A DNA stretch of 64,000 nt from Felis catus (lineage: Eukaryota): the NCBI RefSeq assembly GCF_018350175.1, contig NC_058368.1, forward strand, positions 120,406,001 to 120,470,000, read 5' to 3'. The position numbers were made by a program, and so were the translations under genes. Positions within the stretch are counted from its first letter, which is position 1. The number at the start of each line of letters is the position of its first letter. Positions 12,721 through 26,156 of the stretch are shown here, piece by piece. The notes under the pieces are model-generated. The model worked only from the letters and a program-made list of their open reading frames with translations. It ran no database searches and was not told the origin of the DNA.

Positions 12721-14030
12721 CGTGTTATTCACAGTCTATAGTATTGTATTAAACATAATTGAAATACATGAGAACCACAAGACATCAATTTTTATTTTGA
12801 CACCCCATTTACCAGAGAGACTGAGTGTTCTGGCAGAGATGATTACCGTCACACAACACGTTAAGCAAATATTCCCAACAGTTGAGGGGTAACAGGAGGT
12901 AGCTCAGAGGTACAGAAGCATTATTACAGTGTACAATTAGCTATATAGTTAACTACATGCATTTGTGATGTAATGTCATATCTGTTTGTTCGTTCACGTT
13001 TTTCGTGAATTTGGCACCATGTACAGTTATAATCTGTGTTGATATGTGTTAGTTGTGATAAATTTTAACTTTTTATACTAGATTTGTGCATATGTTATGG
13101 TAGTAAATGATAAAATAGGCTAGTATCTATGCATATTTTACTCATTCGTGGCATGCCTAATTTTTTTCTCATTGTTGAAAAGATTTCTATGCTAGCTCTT
13201 CATTTGTGACTTTTTTCACGTTGACCTCAATGTCCAAAAAATTTTCCAATATATGTATTGATAAAAAACCATGTCGAAGTTGATCTATACAGTTCAAACC
13301 TATGGTGTTCAAGAGTAACTGTATGGCTTTTTTGTGAAGGTCGTCCTGGTAGTAATTGTTTTGAATGAGAGGGCCATTAGATACTATAACTACAGGAAAC
13401 TTTAAACATTAGGCACTTGTGACTCCACCCACTCCATTCAGTCTTTTGATCATTTGCCTTCCCATGAACTTGTCTATAGAAGGAAAATTGTGCTGTTTAA
13501 ACTAACTCAAGCATTCTTTTCCATTTTTGGAAGTGAGGTTTTGAAAATAATATAATTTACCACATACTTCCTCACCCAATTCTCAGACGTAAGCCAGATC
13601 ACAAATTCAGAATCCCTTGAATGAAATGGAGTCCAAAACTCAGTATCCTAAATATTTCATCCATCCTTTCTCCTAAGGACCTACAGCTGTTTCCAAGGGA
13701 AAGGGAAACAGTCACATATTTGAGGAATGATTAAATATGGGCTTTGAGACTGTACTAATCCCTTAGGAATTCAACCTCCACTGTGGTTTACCCAGAAGAG
13801 TACTATCAAGGTTGATAATAAAGATTTTTTTTTGTAAATCCATCTCATAGAGGACCAAATAGGTTTAAGAACCCACACTGCGATCATTTTCTCAGTTCCT
13901 GAATGCATAGTAGGAAGACACTCACTTGATTGTTGTATGAATCCCTGCTTCCACTTCCAGACCTATGGAGTGAGACCTATTGTGGTAGGAAGGACCAATC
14001 AGAAGCCTTTACAACTGCTCCCATCGCCTC

Positions 14031-14033
<3 letters not shown>

Positions 14034-14076
<43 letters not shown>
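14034..14076 (+). repeat. (CA)n microsatellite, about 21 units
   Basis: Perfect AC repeat inside the ERV-L sequence. Confidence 0.97.
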
Positions 14077-14078
<2 letters not shown>

Positions 14079-16559
14079 ATCACAAAATAGTAAACTGAAA
14101 GCAATATATTTCATTCCTTGAGAAATTACAGAGATTATTGGCAGTATCAAAGATGTGAAATACAGGGTAGTGATACCTACAACATTTTTCTTACCTCTTT
14201 GGCCTGTGCAGCTGATATGTCTTAGAGAATTCGATTGAATTCTCATACACTTAATCAGGAAGTGACTCCAACTTCAGCTGCTATTCCACATATTGTCTGT
14301 TTATTAGTGTAAATCAACAGAGACTCTGGCATCTGATTTGCATCTATCGATCTGGCAAATGCCTTTTTACTTTATACCAATTAGCAAAGCCAGTCAGATA
14401 TAGTCTTCTTCCACTTGATGGGGGAAACAATTTACTTCACTGTCTTTGTTCAGGCTTAACAGTTTCCTGGCTTTCTGTCAAAATCTAGCATGCAGGAATC
14501 TTACTCATTTTGCCATCCCACAAGGCATCATATTGGTCTACAAATGTAGATATAATGCCAATTAGATCTATTCAGCAGGAATGATGTGGTGAGATACATG
14601 TGTGTCAGAGAGTAAGAGATAAAAATCTAAAATTGTCTAGGTGCCTTTGACCTCATTGAGATTTTTTAGAGGTTCACTGGGTCTGGAGCATAGCTATGTA
14701 TTCCCTCCAATGTGAAAGACCGCCTGTGCCTTTTAGTTACTTTAATAAGAGAGAGGCACAGTACTTGGAGAGTGTCTTTAGATCCTAGATCAATAGATAC
14801 CATATTTGAAAGGGTTTCGTAAGCCCATTTATGAAATCATCTGTAAGACTTGCTTTTTAGAGTGAAGTCCAGAGAAAGAAGAAGAGTTACAATTGGATCA
14901 GGCTGGATTTCAAGCTGTGTCTCTATTGTGGCTAATGACCTGACATAAGGTTCTCAAGAGTCTTTCACTGATCAGGATGCTCTACCGAGCTTCTGGTAAA
15001 CTCTGATGGAATAATGACAACACAGGTACTCAGAGGTTGGAGAGAAATATCTCAAAACTATTTTTCTATTGAGAGATAGTTTCTGCTAGTTACTGCAACT
15101 GGTAGAGATGAATGCTTATTCATTGAATAATGCTTACAACTGATTCTGCAAACTAAGGTTCCAGTCATTAACTGGGTGTTTACTACTCATAAATTTGAGC
15201 ATGCAGAGAAGTTCACTTTCTCATGAAACTGAATTAGTATGTATAAAAAGAAGCTCAGGTATGTCTTTAAGGTACAAGCAAGTTATGTGAACTATTGACT
15301 CTGAATTTCTTGACATTTATGCCTACTGCATTGCCACCTCTCCATCAACACACACCTATGGCCTTGTAGAGATTTTCCTCCACCAGATAATAGTAAAAAT
15401 GGAGCCCCATTACTGAGTATCTTGCATGATGTCCTGACATTGGCTAGAAAGAGACAGCTGTAGAACTAAAACTCCACTCAGGGCTGGCCTTCAATAATAC
15501 TATGGAAAGGAAACACTTCCAGTGATTAGAACAGGGAATAGCGCATTTTGTTGAGCACTTTCTTCTGGGAAAAGAGATGGCCTGAAATACAGTCTATAAT
15601 GATACATAGATGGTGGCTAACAGTTTGATAATATGGTCAGAGACTTGGGAGAAAAAAGATTGGAGAATAGTTTGCAGTCAGACCCCTTGCAATGGGCATA
15701 GACTGTGAGAATATTTATATCTCACCTGAAGGCTTATCAAAGGCTATCCCCTTCCTGGAATAGTCTCAATGCTCAGATGTTGAAGATGACCCATTCTTTT
15801 GATGCCATACACACAGTCTTTTCCCAAACACTTAGTGCTTGATCAAAAGATTTATGAATAAAGTCGCCAGGGCTACTGGACACAGATATGTCCTGGTATT
15901 TCTCTCACTCTGACTGAACTGGATGTCACCAATGCTGAGGGCCTAATCTGCTAACAACAGAGGTAAATACTGATACATTGCCATTTATCTAGTGACACAT
16001 TGCTCATGCAAGACCACTTTCTTCATGAGTGTTCCCAACTGAAATAAACAGATAAGACAGGAGTTTTTCCTCACTGTCCACAATGTTTCTCCCAGCATCC
16101 CATCTATGGATTTCTTAATGCTCTGTTCTCTATTGTGGCTTCATACACATCATCATTTCTAAAAGGGAACTCACTTTAGAGCAAAAAGAAATCAGACAAA
16201 AAACCCAATCCTTTGTGACTGACTTCTCCATGTACCCCATCATTCAGAAGCAACATACCTGAAGAAAATGTGGGAAAGTTACTAAGGGCTCAGTTATAGA
16301 ACTGACTAGATAGTAACACTTAGGAGGGTAGGAAAGCTGACCCTATACGTTTTGGTATATGCTTTGAACCAGTGAGCAGTGTCTCTTATCTTTCCCATCT
16401 AACCTGGGAGTTGAAAAAGAGACATTATTTTCACTATTTTGCCTCGTGGTACATTTGCAAAACCTTTGTGTTTTGTTCCTGCATGTTTCACAACTTTAGG
16501 CTCTACAAGCTCTTGCTTTTCAAGGTTAAAAACAAAACAAAACAAAACAAAAAACAGAC

Positions 16560-16770
16560 GGGGTGCCTGGGTGGCTCAGTTGGTTTAGTGTCCACCTTTA
16601 GTTCAGGTCATAATCTCACATTTCATGAGTTCAAGCCCCATATTGGGCTCACTGCTATCACTCTGTCAGCACAGAGCCTGCTTCAGAACCTCTGTCTCCT
16701 CTCTCTTCCCCTCCCCTGATTACTCTCTCTCTCAAAAAATAAAGAATTAAAAAAAAAATAAGCAAAAAAA
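16560..16770 (+). mobile_element. CanSINE nested in ERV-L
   Basis: GGGGTGCCTGGGTGGCTCAGTTGG head, (CT)n block and A-tail. Preceded by (AAAAC)n, with an AAAA(A/G)CAGAC TSD-like repeat. Confidence 0.92.
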
Positions 16771-19700
16771 AGCAGACAAACCTCTTTGACCAGAAAATAC
16801 AAAATGGTTTTAATGAACCAGAAGCTGAAAGTGCCACCTGGATGTTTTGAGTTCCCTCTGCCACTGAATCAGTAGACAGAGAATAAGCTGCAATAACTGA
16901 TCCCACTTAATAAGGGGAAATAGGTTATTGCCACACAAGGGGATGAGTCTTAGTATGTCTGGAACCAAGAAGGTTATCAAGGTGTACTTCCATGTAGGTG
17001 GTAAATACTAATAGAAGATCGTAGCAACATATCAGAGACATGGGCAGGACCCTTGAGGAATGAAGATTTGGATTGCCCCACATAAAAACATTCATGGGCA
17101 GATAAGGTGCTAGCTGTGGGTAGAGATACCATGACATGGGTAGTGAGAAAAGGAAGTTTTCATCTACAGTTTTTTCTGTTTTCTTGACTGACCCTTATTA
17201 TTAAAATGATTCTTTTTAATTTTTTGACTTAAGATTTCTTAAGGTAGGACACTTTCAGTCATGTTTGAATGTGCAATCATGTCATATATACTTGTTTTTG
17301 AGTTCTTCACTTGCTAGCCATGTGAACTGTGTTAAATAAGAGCTATAATAGTATAATACAGCATATCCATGACCCCTGGTCCTGTTTTCTTTTCTGGAAA
17401 ATGAGATGTTTAGATTAGATTATGTCAAATTTCTTTTGAAGCTTGAAGATTTTATAATATTCGAAGAGTATGAGGATAAAATGCAGTATAGTAATGATAA
17501 GTGAATTTACTTTTACCTCCATTAAATCCCCCTGATATTTTTCCCTTAGTTCTTGAGAGAACTTTCTGGCTTGTATCTGAGTTAGAATTTTCACAGAACT
17601 AGAATACCAACCAACTTCCTCAAACTAATTGGAATAAAACTAGATGGTTGACCTTTGAGGCTAATACAAAGTGAATGAAATTCAACACTTGTTTTCTAAT
17701 CCAAAAATGTGCCTGACAAAGGAAGGTAAAGATTCAAATAACTGAGTAAAGTGTTTAAAACAACTACTTTTCATTTTTGCAACTTTATTAGCAACCAATG
17801 CTATAGGCTTCAGAATGGTTTGAAAGCTTCTTAAGCAGTTTTTATTAACTGGGGTTGAGCACCTGAAGAAGAATGGAATTAGGCAGAATTGAATAAAGTC
17901 AAAGATCTAGTTCCTGAATATTTTTACTTAAACCAGAGCTTGGAGCTCCTTAAGTACTGGTTAAGTAGTTTGTTGACTGACTGGAGGCTTGACATATGAA
18001 AGTGCGATATGAAGAGAGGCTAGGGAGAGAAGCACATTTATATCCCTTCTCTGTTTCTCTTTGGCTGTAGTACCTGAAAATATAACTGTAATGTTCACTT
18101 TCCCTATCTTTATATAAGTTCCATTCTACATTGTCAAGATTAAATGAGATATTGCCCACAAAGTATTCCTGTAGTGCTATAGTGCCCGGCATATAAGAGA
18201 GGTCAGTTAAGGAGGCAGAACAGGGAGGGAAACCTTCCTCACAGAGATTTCACAGCAAGCACAAGAATAGAGGAAATAAACTTGGTTTGAGTAAGGAAGA
18301 GAGTTTGTGCTGCACCTCAAGTGCAAATGTTTGTGCTACCACTAACCAAGACGGTAGAAGTGCAAATGAAGGCCAATGATAAGGCAAGTTAAAACATAGT
18401 GCCCCCACCGGTGGAAAAAGAGCCAGGTTGGATAACACCCAGAAGCTCAAATAGCCTTCCATTATCAGGAAATGGTATATTCATCTGCAAGTCGTCACAG
18501 AAAATAAAGGATATTTTGGATGTAATTTTCAGGTTTTATTCATATGTTTGGCATCATGTAGAGACTAATCAAACAGATTATAACCCTATTTAAAAATGAA
18601 TACATTCCTGGCTGGAGCAATGAATAAATATTAGAAAGAAATAAAGTCAGTCTTTCTCCTTTTTTCTCCCCCGATCCAAAGGGGATGCCCGGAGATCTAA
18701 AATCCTGCCAATTAATTGGATGTTAGCTAAGCACTGAGATTGGAAATAACAGTCTTAGACAACAATTCATAGAATTATTTTTATTCTCTAATGCCCTAGG
18801 GATTCTCCCAGGAGTTAACTGAGCTCAGCCAATCATCCTCCACTCCCTTTTATCTCCACCCAGATTGGATGGAAGGGGCAGGGTACCAAGGTTCAGTTAC
18901 TGACTTCATCCTCAGTAAAATCTAATTGTGGTGGTGCACTGTTAATTCAGAGCTTCAGATAATTCATATCAGCTAAAGTTTGTTTTTGTTCATTTGATGA
19001 ATAAGGCAGTTTCTAAGTAATTTAATTGTCTAGAGTAAAAAGGAAGAGTTTAAATTTATCTTTAGCATTCTTACCCACTTAGTAGCATCATTTACTCACC
19101 AACACTGTGAATTACCAATTACAGACTATTTTATTCTTTCCCTTATCCATTTTAATTTAATTGTATGTGTGCTTTCCAGGTTGGCTTTCTTGATTTGTTT
19201 AGAATTTGTGAAATCTTGAGCTTAAAAAAAAAAAGAGCTTTGGATTTCACCAGGATTCAAATGCAATGTTGAGTAAGAATTACTCTATATATGTTAGCTG
19301 TAAACATATCATATAGCAAATAATGTTCTTAGACATCTCAGAAATGTGTAAACTCTTTAAATGTATGCCTATGTGCACATGACAATCATTATTAGCCATA
19401 GCCTAATTATATCACAATGACTGAATCTGAGAAAACCAATGATAGGAACAGTGAAATCAGACTGAAGGGAAAAACTGAAATAGTACTTCATTTTTGCAAA
19501 GAAAAAAATTAATTTATTATGCATCTGTAAAATCCTGTGAGATAAATTGGGTTTCACTTTTTCTTGTGTTTCTAGAATTGACATGGGAGGATAGACACAG
19601 AAGCTACATTAAACTACTGAGAACTAAGTCAGCAGACTTTCCAGGCAACTCTTCCTATATTCCTAAATAACCAGTTAGCTTGTGTGTAAAAAGAAGGGTT

Positions 19701-19834
19701 TCATGTATCCTTTGATTTTGTGGCAGCACCATAAGAAACAGACAATATAGTATAGGTCAAGTTAGCAGTTATTTTATAGGTATCTGAGTAAATATTCTGG
19801 TGTGATTATAGTGTCTCCAAACAGTCATCAAATT

Positions 19835-21430
19835 ATTCAACATATACTCAACAATATGTGTTAACAATTTGTGCTACTTCTTTATTTCTAAGAGCTGAGG
19901 GATTAGCAGTGATCAGTCAAATAAGACTAAGTCCCATCTCTATTGGGACTTATATTCTAGTCAAGTAAAGAACTTAATCGGTAAAAAAACACTAAATTGT
20001 GTTATGGGCTTCAAAGAAAAACAGTAAGAAGCCAGAGGCTGTTGTTTTGCCTGGGAAGCCAGTGAGGGCACTTGAACAGAAAACCTGCATTTCTTTTCAG
20101 AACTACAAGGTGAGTTCTGAGAGTAGGTTTTAACAGGTTACATACATAAGGAGTTTGGATTTTAGTCTGATTCCAAGGGGAATTCACTGTGGTGTTTTAA
20201 TTAGGGAATTGAACATTTTTTAAAATTTTAATTATTAAGGTATAGTCTACCTGCAAATTTACCCTTTTGAAAAGTGTTTAGTTCTGTTAATTTTGACTTA
20301 CGCATCCAATTGTGTAATTATCACTACAGTCAAGATATAAAGTAGTTCCATCACCCAAAAGAATTGACCATTCCCCTTCGGAGTAACCTCCACGACCACT
20401 AAATCTTTCCACTATCGCTATAGTTTGGCCTTTTCAGAATATTATATAAATGGAAGTATATAGTATGTAGCCTCTGAGTCTGACTTTTTTCACATAGCAT
20501 AACACATTGGAGATACATCCATGTTGAGTTTATGAGTAATTTGCTTTATTGCTAAATTGTATGCTATTGAATACATGTATCACAATTTATCTGTTTCCCA
20601 GTCCCCCCGCCCCCACTTTGCAAAGTAATCTGCTATAAAGATCCACATGCAGGTTTTTGTGTTAACATTGTTTTCATTTCACCTGGATAAATACACAGAA
20701 GTAGGATTATTAGGGTAATATGTTGAGTATATGTATAAATGTAGAAGCTTCACAATTTTGCATTCTGATGAGCAATGAGTGAGTTCCACATGTTTTGCAT
20801 TTTCATTTTCACCCACACATGGTTTGTTTGGTGTGTGTGTGTGTGTTGGTTGTCGCCTTTCAGAATTTGCTTTTTAACATATCACTGTAGTTGATGAATG
20901 GCAAATGACTATATTAAGCAAGAATGGAGGACATAAAGTAGTTAGGACATTTATTGCCATAGTCAAGATGAAAGCTGGTAGGGTTGTGAACGAAAATGGC
21001 CATGACAGACAGAGTAAGAAACACTAGTCTCAGGATGTAAGTTGAAGGTAGATGGGAAAGGACTTGCTGAGGAATTAGACATTAAGTGTGAGGGAAGAAA
21101 AAAGAATCTGTGGCAATGAGGTAAATGGAAATCCACAGATGAAGAGGAGATTTGGAAATCAAGAGGCTCCTTTAGATAGGCTGTGTTTGAGATGCCTCTT
21201 AAACATGCAGGACAAAATGTCAAGTAATTAGATGACTACACAAAATGAAGTTCAGAACAGTGATCTGAACCAGGCCTATGAGTTGGAGTACTTACATTTG
21301 GGAGTAACTAGGTCTTTGTGATATTTAATGCCTTTGCATGGAATATGATTGCCTAGAGAGAGTTTATAGAAAAGTGAATCCTGTGTCACCATAATGATTA
21401 GAATTTAGGAAGGAAAGGAGAAAATAGCCG
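19835..21430 (-). mobile_element. L2 fragments, interrupted by an old L1
   Basis: L2-like motifs GGGACTTATATTCTAGT, AAGGAGTTTGGATTTTAGTCTGA and GGCTGTGTTTGAGATGCCT. Confidence 0.6.
20215..20820 (-). mobile_element. Old L1 (L1MB/MC-type) 3' end
   Basis: CACTACAGTCAAGATATAAAGTAGTTCCATCACCCAAAA and TATATAAATGGAAGTATATAGTATGTAGCC motifs. Confidence 0.75.
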
Positions 21431-21929
21431 CAGTTAGCGGCTAGGTAGGAAGTTGTCAGTGACATTAGAATTCCACTAGGCAATTTTATCATTAGTTCTT
21501 GCTTTTGGCCATTGTCAGGTATGCAGACAAAAGATATATGAGTACGGATAGCACAAAATTATGTAGTTCTCAAGAACAATCCTCAGATTTTGGTGGTAGG
21601 TGCTCAGCTGTCCTTTGTCTTAAAACACTTGTTGAAGTTATTTGAAATATGAATGAAGAGATGGCTCTGTCATAGCATGAAAGTAGCAGGTCAATCTGAA
21701 CTGCTATGGACTGGGCTCAAAAACTTTGGTAGGATGACTAAAAGGAAGATCTGAGTAAGGAGGTTCACACCGTGAGAACCTGAATAACAAATAATTCTTA
21801 TTCATCCTCCAGAGCACAGAGAACTTTTCTTAAAAGAAAAGTAAATTGTAAAAATGGAAGCATGTGGAAGATCCTAGCTTTAGTGTTAGGCAGGTTGCAT
21901 TTGAACACCCTGTCTGCCCCTCTAGAATC

Positions 21930-22600
21930 TCAGTAGAGCACCAGGGTGATATTTTTACAATATAAATCAAGTCATGTCACTCTCCTATTTAGAATCCTTT
22001 GGGTCTTCATCCCCAATAAAATGGAAAGTCCTTACAAGTCTGTTAATACCCTACCTGATTGGTGTGTTCCCATTACCTCTGATGTAACCTACTATAAGTT
22101 TTCCCTCTCACTTCCTTTCACATGCCATATGTGTACTAATTACAGGGCACAGTAGGCACATTACTACCTCAGATCCTTTGAAATGCTCTCCCTTCCTCCT
22201 GGAATGTTCTCCTCCAAGGCCTCCTCATGGCTCATGTCCTTACCTCCTTTAGGCCTTTGCTCCAAGTTACCTTCTCAGCGAGCCTTTTTCCTCTAGCCTG
22301 TATAGGATTGCAGCATCCTTCTACCCACTTTCTCTGACATACTTCACATCACTGACATATGAAATATATATTTATAACTCAAATGTGTTTATGTGAATAC
22401 ATATGAAAAACATTAAATTCAAGTATGTATATAATATAAGTATATATTTAAGTTTAGTGTCTTTCATTTCCCACTAATACATAAACTTTGATGGAATGAA
22501 TTTCGTATGTCTTATTTACTGTGATATCTCCAGGAACCAGAACAGAGTCAGTATGTAATAAGCATTCAATAAATATGTATTGGATGAATGAATTAAATAA
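21930..22600 (+). mobile_element. L2 3' end
   Basis: AAATCAAGTCATGTCACTCTCCT, CCTGGAATGTTCTCCTCC and terminal AAGCATTCAATAAATATGTATTGGATGAATGAAT. Confidence 0.78.
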
Positions 22601-23189
22601 TGTACATCAGTCACTACACACAGTGTCTAGATTTAAGACTACTACAGGTGATTATGTAGCATTATTAGTGTTATCATCATTAATACTTTTTTTCATTAAA
22701 TTCCCTAAATGTCAACTGGAATCAAATTCTGAGACATCAGTGCACATCTGCTATATCTGCCTTTACCAAAAACTGAACAGATTTTCAACTTGGCTGCCTT
22801 GAAGTCCAGGGAGTTTGTCAGAACAGGCAGTAGCTTGTGGAGCTGGTGGCTGCACCTTCAATGCAACTTGAACTATATTTTGCCGTACCTGCTTCTGAAG
22901 GACATTTCTCTCTGTGCTATAAGTGAGGTGAGCTTGTAGAACACACATGTCTCATGTATAATCCAGCCAGAAAACCAGATGTATTTCTAAGACAGTGAAA
23001 TTAGATCTAAGAAACAGGTATGTTGTGTACCAGCCTATTGATCACTGAGCTTGGTCCCTTCCAGTCTTCTTCCCCAGCCCCAGTTGTTAAATGGTTCTAT
23101 CTCTAACAATTGAGTTGTTGCTCTGTCATAGACTGTAACAGATAACGGTGTTGCTTGACAAAAACAAAAATCTTGCCATAAAAATAAAA

Positions 23190-23820
23190 ATAATAATGTA
23201 AAGTCTAAGATTTACAGTGAGCTAGGCACTCTGCTAAGGTCTTCTGATTGATCATGTCTCCTCACTCTCAAATCCCTCTTTTCTGGGCTCATGGTGTCCT
23301 CTTAAAATTTGTATGTTGAAGTCCTCACCTCCAGGACCTTAGAATGTGACTGTATTCAGAGATAAGGTCCGTAAAGATGTGATTCATTTAAAGTGAGGTC
23401 TTTAGGGCAGACCCTAATCTATTATGGCTAGTGTTCTTATAAGAAGAAAAAACTGAGGCACACAGAGAGACACCAGGGATATGTGCACACAAAAGAAAGA
23501 CCATGAGGGGACAGAGAAGACAGCCATCCTACAAGCCAAAGACAAAGGCTTCAGAAGAAAACACTCCTGCTGACATCTTGACCTTAAACTTCTAGCTTCC
23601 AGAACTGTGAGAAAATAAATTTCAGTTGTTTAGACCATTTAGGCTAGAGTGCTCTGTTAAAGGAGCCCTGGCAAACTAATACATTCTTCTTGAGATAAGT
23701 GCTATTACTAGCCACCTTTTGAAGATGAAGAAACTGAGGACAGAACAGTTAACTGACTCACCAAAGGACACTCAGCTCTCAAGAGGTAAGGCCATGATTT
23801 GCAACCAACATGTTTGGCAA
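23190..23820 (-). mobile_element. MIR split by a MaLR LTR
   Basis: GCTAGGCACTCTGCTAAG before the LTR and GATGAAGAAACTGAGG..TAACTGACTCACCAAAGGACACTCAGCT after it. Confidence 0.65.
23279..23683 (+). mobile_element. MaLR solo LTR (MLT1-type)
   Basis: GTATGTTGAAGTCCTCACC..AGAATGTGACTGTATT, CTTCCAGAACTGTGAGAAAATAAATTTC, ends GCAAACTAATACA. Confidence 0.88.
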
Positions 23821-24096
23821 GAGCTCAGGCTTGACAGGAAAGGTCTGTTATTGGCACAAGGGCAACCTTCAAGCAAAAAGAAGAAGCAGAGGAACAGATT
23901 CAGAAATCCAGTGTCTGACTCATTGAAATGCTTGTGGTAACTTCCTGGCAAGATTTTAGGATAGGTTCAGAAGCAAAGGTCCAGTGAAACTCTGTTTTCA
24001 GCGGTTATCTTCTACTTCTAATTGCAGCCACCTTCCTTCTAAAGCCAATTTTCTTATCAGGGCAAAGGGAATAATACATTAATGTGTATTTGTTTC

Positions 24097-24523
24097 TGTA
24101 TTAGTTTCCTATTGCTTCTATAATAAATTAACACAATTACCATAAAACAACTCAGATTTTTTATCTTACAATTCCAGAGGTCAGAAGTCCAAAGTGGGTC
24201 TCATTGGGCTAACATCAAAGTATTAGCAGGGCTGAGATTCCTCCTGGAGGTTCTAGGGGAGGATCCGTGTCTTCACTTTTTCCAGTTTCTGGATGCCACC
24301 CCATTCCTTGACTTCCAAAGGCAGCAGCAGAGCATCTTCAAACCTCTTTCTAACTCTTCTGCCTCCCTCTTTTACTTCTATGGACTCGTTTGATTTCATT
24401 GGGCCCACTTGGATAATCCAGAATAATCTCCCTATCTCAAGTCGGCTGATAATTTAACAGTTCACAAATTCTAGAGATTAGGACATGAAGATCTTTGGAT
24501 GGGTCTTTATTCTGCTTACTATA
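24097..24523 (-). mobile_element. MaLR solo LTR (MLT1-type)
   Basis: Starts TGTATTAGTTTCCTATTGCT and contains GGTCAGAAGTCCAAAGTGGGTCTC. 5-bp TSD-like GTTTC/GCTTC at 24092-24096 and 24524-24528. Confidence 0.85.
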
Positions 24524-24699
24524 GCTTCTATCTAAAGGAAAAAGGCAATTTAGATATCAAAATCACAGAAGCATAAAAGGCATATGTAGACAGGGTGCAT
24601 TCTGGAGCCCATGGATAGGAACTGAAGCTGGCTGAGTAGAGTTCCAGGTAGGGTGGGACAGCAGGTTAGGCTCAACGAGGAGGAAACACAATCAGAAAG

Positions 24700-25180
24700 G
24701 AAGAAGATGGCAGGTCCCTGTGACTCTCTCCCCCCATCACATACACTAAAAGCTGTATGTTTTGAGTGAAATTAAATTATTTCTATCTCCAGGCATGATA
24801 ATACTATCCAAAAGAAGCCAATTAGTACATAGCATTTCTTTGGCCATAGTGATTGGTTTGGGGGTAACACATGACTAAGATAGTTAAGTCAGAGTGGAAG
24901 CCAAGACTTATATTCAAATGTTTGAGAAAAAGAGAAAGTTTGACATGGACCAAGAAGCATGAGTTAGGTATTCTGGGGAACTGTTGGCACTCACCTGGTG
25001 ACAATGAGGGAAGTCAGTCTTAGGATGACACTAACCATAGAAGGGGAAGACTAAATAGGAAAACATGAAATAGGTCCTCATTGTTGGAACTTGAAATGCT
25101 AAATCATACTCTTCCTGAAATTTACTCTTCTTGTAGATAGTTTTTAAATATGAAAATTTTCATTTTCTTTGCTAAGACAG
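24700..25180 (+). mobile_element. Old MaLR LTR fragment (MLT1J/K-like)
   Basis: TGGCCATAGTGATTGGTTTGGGGGTAACACATGACTAAG motif. Boundaries uncertain. Confidence 0.5.
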
Positions 25181-25578
25181 TTTGACTTGGAAACTGATAT
25201 ATATTCTTACACAAAACACTCAGTGAATGCATCGTTTGGGAGAAGTGATAATACCAAGGGAATTTAAACGTAGACAGTTATTCCCTGAGAATTCAGTTTT
25301 GTTTTAGTTCACCTATGAGGATCTTTATCATAAGATGTCTTGTTAACAGTACTTGGAAATAACCTCTACATTCTGCTTATATTGTACCTTTTGCTTCTAC
25401 AAAACCTCATGTATTTGATATTTTCAGCCTGTTAAAAGGAAAATTGGGTTCAATAGATTTTAATCTTACTTCAGAGTATTATACTCCAATTATTCCTTTA
25501 CCATGGCTAGGTGAATTTATTTTTCCAGTTTCCCCTTATTTCTACATGGCTAATTAGGCCCTTTGGTAAAACTATTTT

Positions 25579-25805
25579 TTTATATATATATATTTTTTTT
25601 TTCAACGTTTATTTATTTTTGGGACAGAGAGAGACAGACCATGACTGGGGGAGGGGCAGAGAGAGAGGGAGACACAGAATCGGAAACAGACTCCAGGCTC
25701 CGAGCCATCAGCCCAGAGCCTGACGCGGGGCTCGAACTCACGGACCACGAAATCGTGACCTGGCTGAGGTCGGACGCTTAACCGACTGCGCCACCCAGGT
25801 GCCCC
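25579..25805 (-). mobile_element. Young felid SINEC_Fc
   Basis: CpG-rich, near-consensus sequence ending ACCGACTGCGCCACCCAGGTGCCCC. Perfect 15-bp TSD TGGTAAAACTATTTT at 25564-25578 and 25806-25820. Confidence 0.96.
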
Positions 25806-26156
25806 TGGTAAAACTATTTTAACAATCCATTACCTCTTTCTGCAAAGATTTATTGAACATCTAGTATGTGACTGGTGTTTATTTTATTATGGGCTCAGAG
25901 AAAATAATTGGGTAAGAATCCTGCTTCTATGACATTTATATTCTAGTAATGGTAAAGGTATATGAATAGGTAAAAAAATAAATAAATAAATGGAAGTGAC
26001 TCTGAAATGACAAGGGTAATGACAAAAATAACTTCTCAGTAACCTGTTGCAACATTAAAAAGTGTCTAACAAATCACCTCAAAACTCAATAGCTTGCAGA
26101 AAATTTATTTTTATCTGAGAGTGGTCTGGGATCCAACTAATTCAAAGTGGGTCCAG

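Larger units (their letters stand above)
9721..13321 (-). mobile_element. Tigger2-family (Tigger2f-sized) pogo-like DNA transposon, near full length, decayed
   Basis: Left end AAGTTTGACCCTTAGGCAAC and right end GGTGTTCAAGAGTAACTG both match the Tigger2 TIR CAGTTGACCCTTGAACAAC. TA dinucleotides at 9719-9720 and 13322-13323. About 3.37 kb without the nested SINE. Confidence 0.88.
13570..17150 (+). mobile_element. Decayed ERV-L (class III; ERVL/ERV3-16A3-like) internal pol region
   Basis: Degenerate ERV-L pol motifs in the expected order: protease region ~13670-13980, RT QY.IP..I.EI...IKD (~14100), IDLANAF (ATCGATCTGGCAAATGCCTTT, ~14346), YIDD-like region ~14540, then RNase H/integrase-like sequence. 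No intact ORF and no flanking LTRs recognised. Confidence 0.8.

Noticed and set aside
18399..18416. CTCF-like GTGCCCCCACCGGTGG
   Set aside because: Spacing is 2 nt longer than the CTCF core consensus.
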